Below are positions 63,970-64,000 of a DNA stretch of 64,000 bases, in pieces; positions within the stretch are counted from its first letter, which is position 1; every line of letters begins with the position of its first letter. Source of the DNA: an uncultured Lachnospiraceae bacterium (lineage in GTDB: Bacteria > Bacillota > Clostridia > Lachnospirales > Lachnospiraceae); the NCBI GenBank assembly GCA_965645705.1, contig CBFFWQ010000011.1, positions 1 to 64,000 on the forward strand, read 5' to 3'. The translations under genes and the position numbers were made by a program. The notes beneath the pieces were generated by a model. It saw only the letters and a list, made by a program, of their open reading frames with translations, was not told the DNA's origin and made no database searches.

Positions 63970-64000
63970 ATACCGCTGCGTAATAACATTAGAACGTGCA

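Noticed and set aside
1-64000. Eukaryotic or giant-virus origin. The cues were MVP, BspA-type LRR proteins, TCTA-containing intergenic motif reminiscent of some giant-virus late promoters, and unidirectional gene arrays.
   Set aside because: Genes carry Shine-Dalgarno sites at correct spacing. There are hairpin plus U-tract terminators, a bacterial DnaX with the Zn module, a YyaC-like spore-protease gene and a bacterial IS. No introns and no polyadenylation-type signals are evident.
1-64000. CRISPR array
   Set aside because: No regularly spaced short direct repeats. Repeats seen (for example 23250/23468, 19281/20262) are few, long or irregular.
1-64000. Prophage or jumbo-phage interpretation of the unidirectional, unknown-rich gene array
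   Set aside because: No recognisable capsid, portal, terminase, tail or integrase genes. Accessory/defence-type and sporulation-associated genes dominate.

Overview
This reads as about 64 kb of a low-GC bacterial replicon (roughly one-third G+C by eye), most likely a spore-forming Firmicute/Clostridia-like organism. Bacterial identity rests on Shine-Dalgarno sites (AGGTGG/GGAGG/AAAGGAG, 5-10 nt upstream of starts), hairpin plus U-tract terminators, a DnaX clamp-loader gene, a YyaC-like spore-protease gene and an ISAzo13-family IS. Strand bias is extreme: every convincing gene except two small ones (19691..19900 and 48348..48812) is on the minus strand. Spacers are long and carry repeated sequence elements.

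Gene content is accessory, like a defence island: Fic (frameshifted), GNAT, AAA ATPases, zeta-toxin-like kinase, ImmA/IrrE peptidase, HEPN protein, MazG-like and metallophosphoesterase paralog arrays, a higher-GC IS insertion, BspA-type LRR proteins and many unknowns. There are no CRISPR arrays or rRNAs, and one tRNA-like gene.

The strongest finding is a full-length homolog of the eukaryotic major vault protein (737..3259, minus strand). Four unrelated proteins scattered across the window end in the same C-terminal tail, (G/T)VNAF(G), which may be a shared targeting or cargo tag. Other notable items: an NAD/ADP-ribose/PRPP-themed cluster (ARH - PRTase - StiP-like - duplicated small protein - HEPN - PncA - PncB, with Macro and GyrI-like genes nearby); an oriented intergenic motif AATCTAAAGGCTCGTGA present in almost every spacer; conserved terminator repeats; a cassette of two ~150-bp direct repeats flanking a strongly expressed small hydrophobic ORF; and a 1.47-kb non-coding segment bounded by 22-bp inverted repeats.

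The ORF track counts TTG/GTG as start codons, so several starts were trimmed to the first ATG/GTG preceded by an SD.
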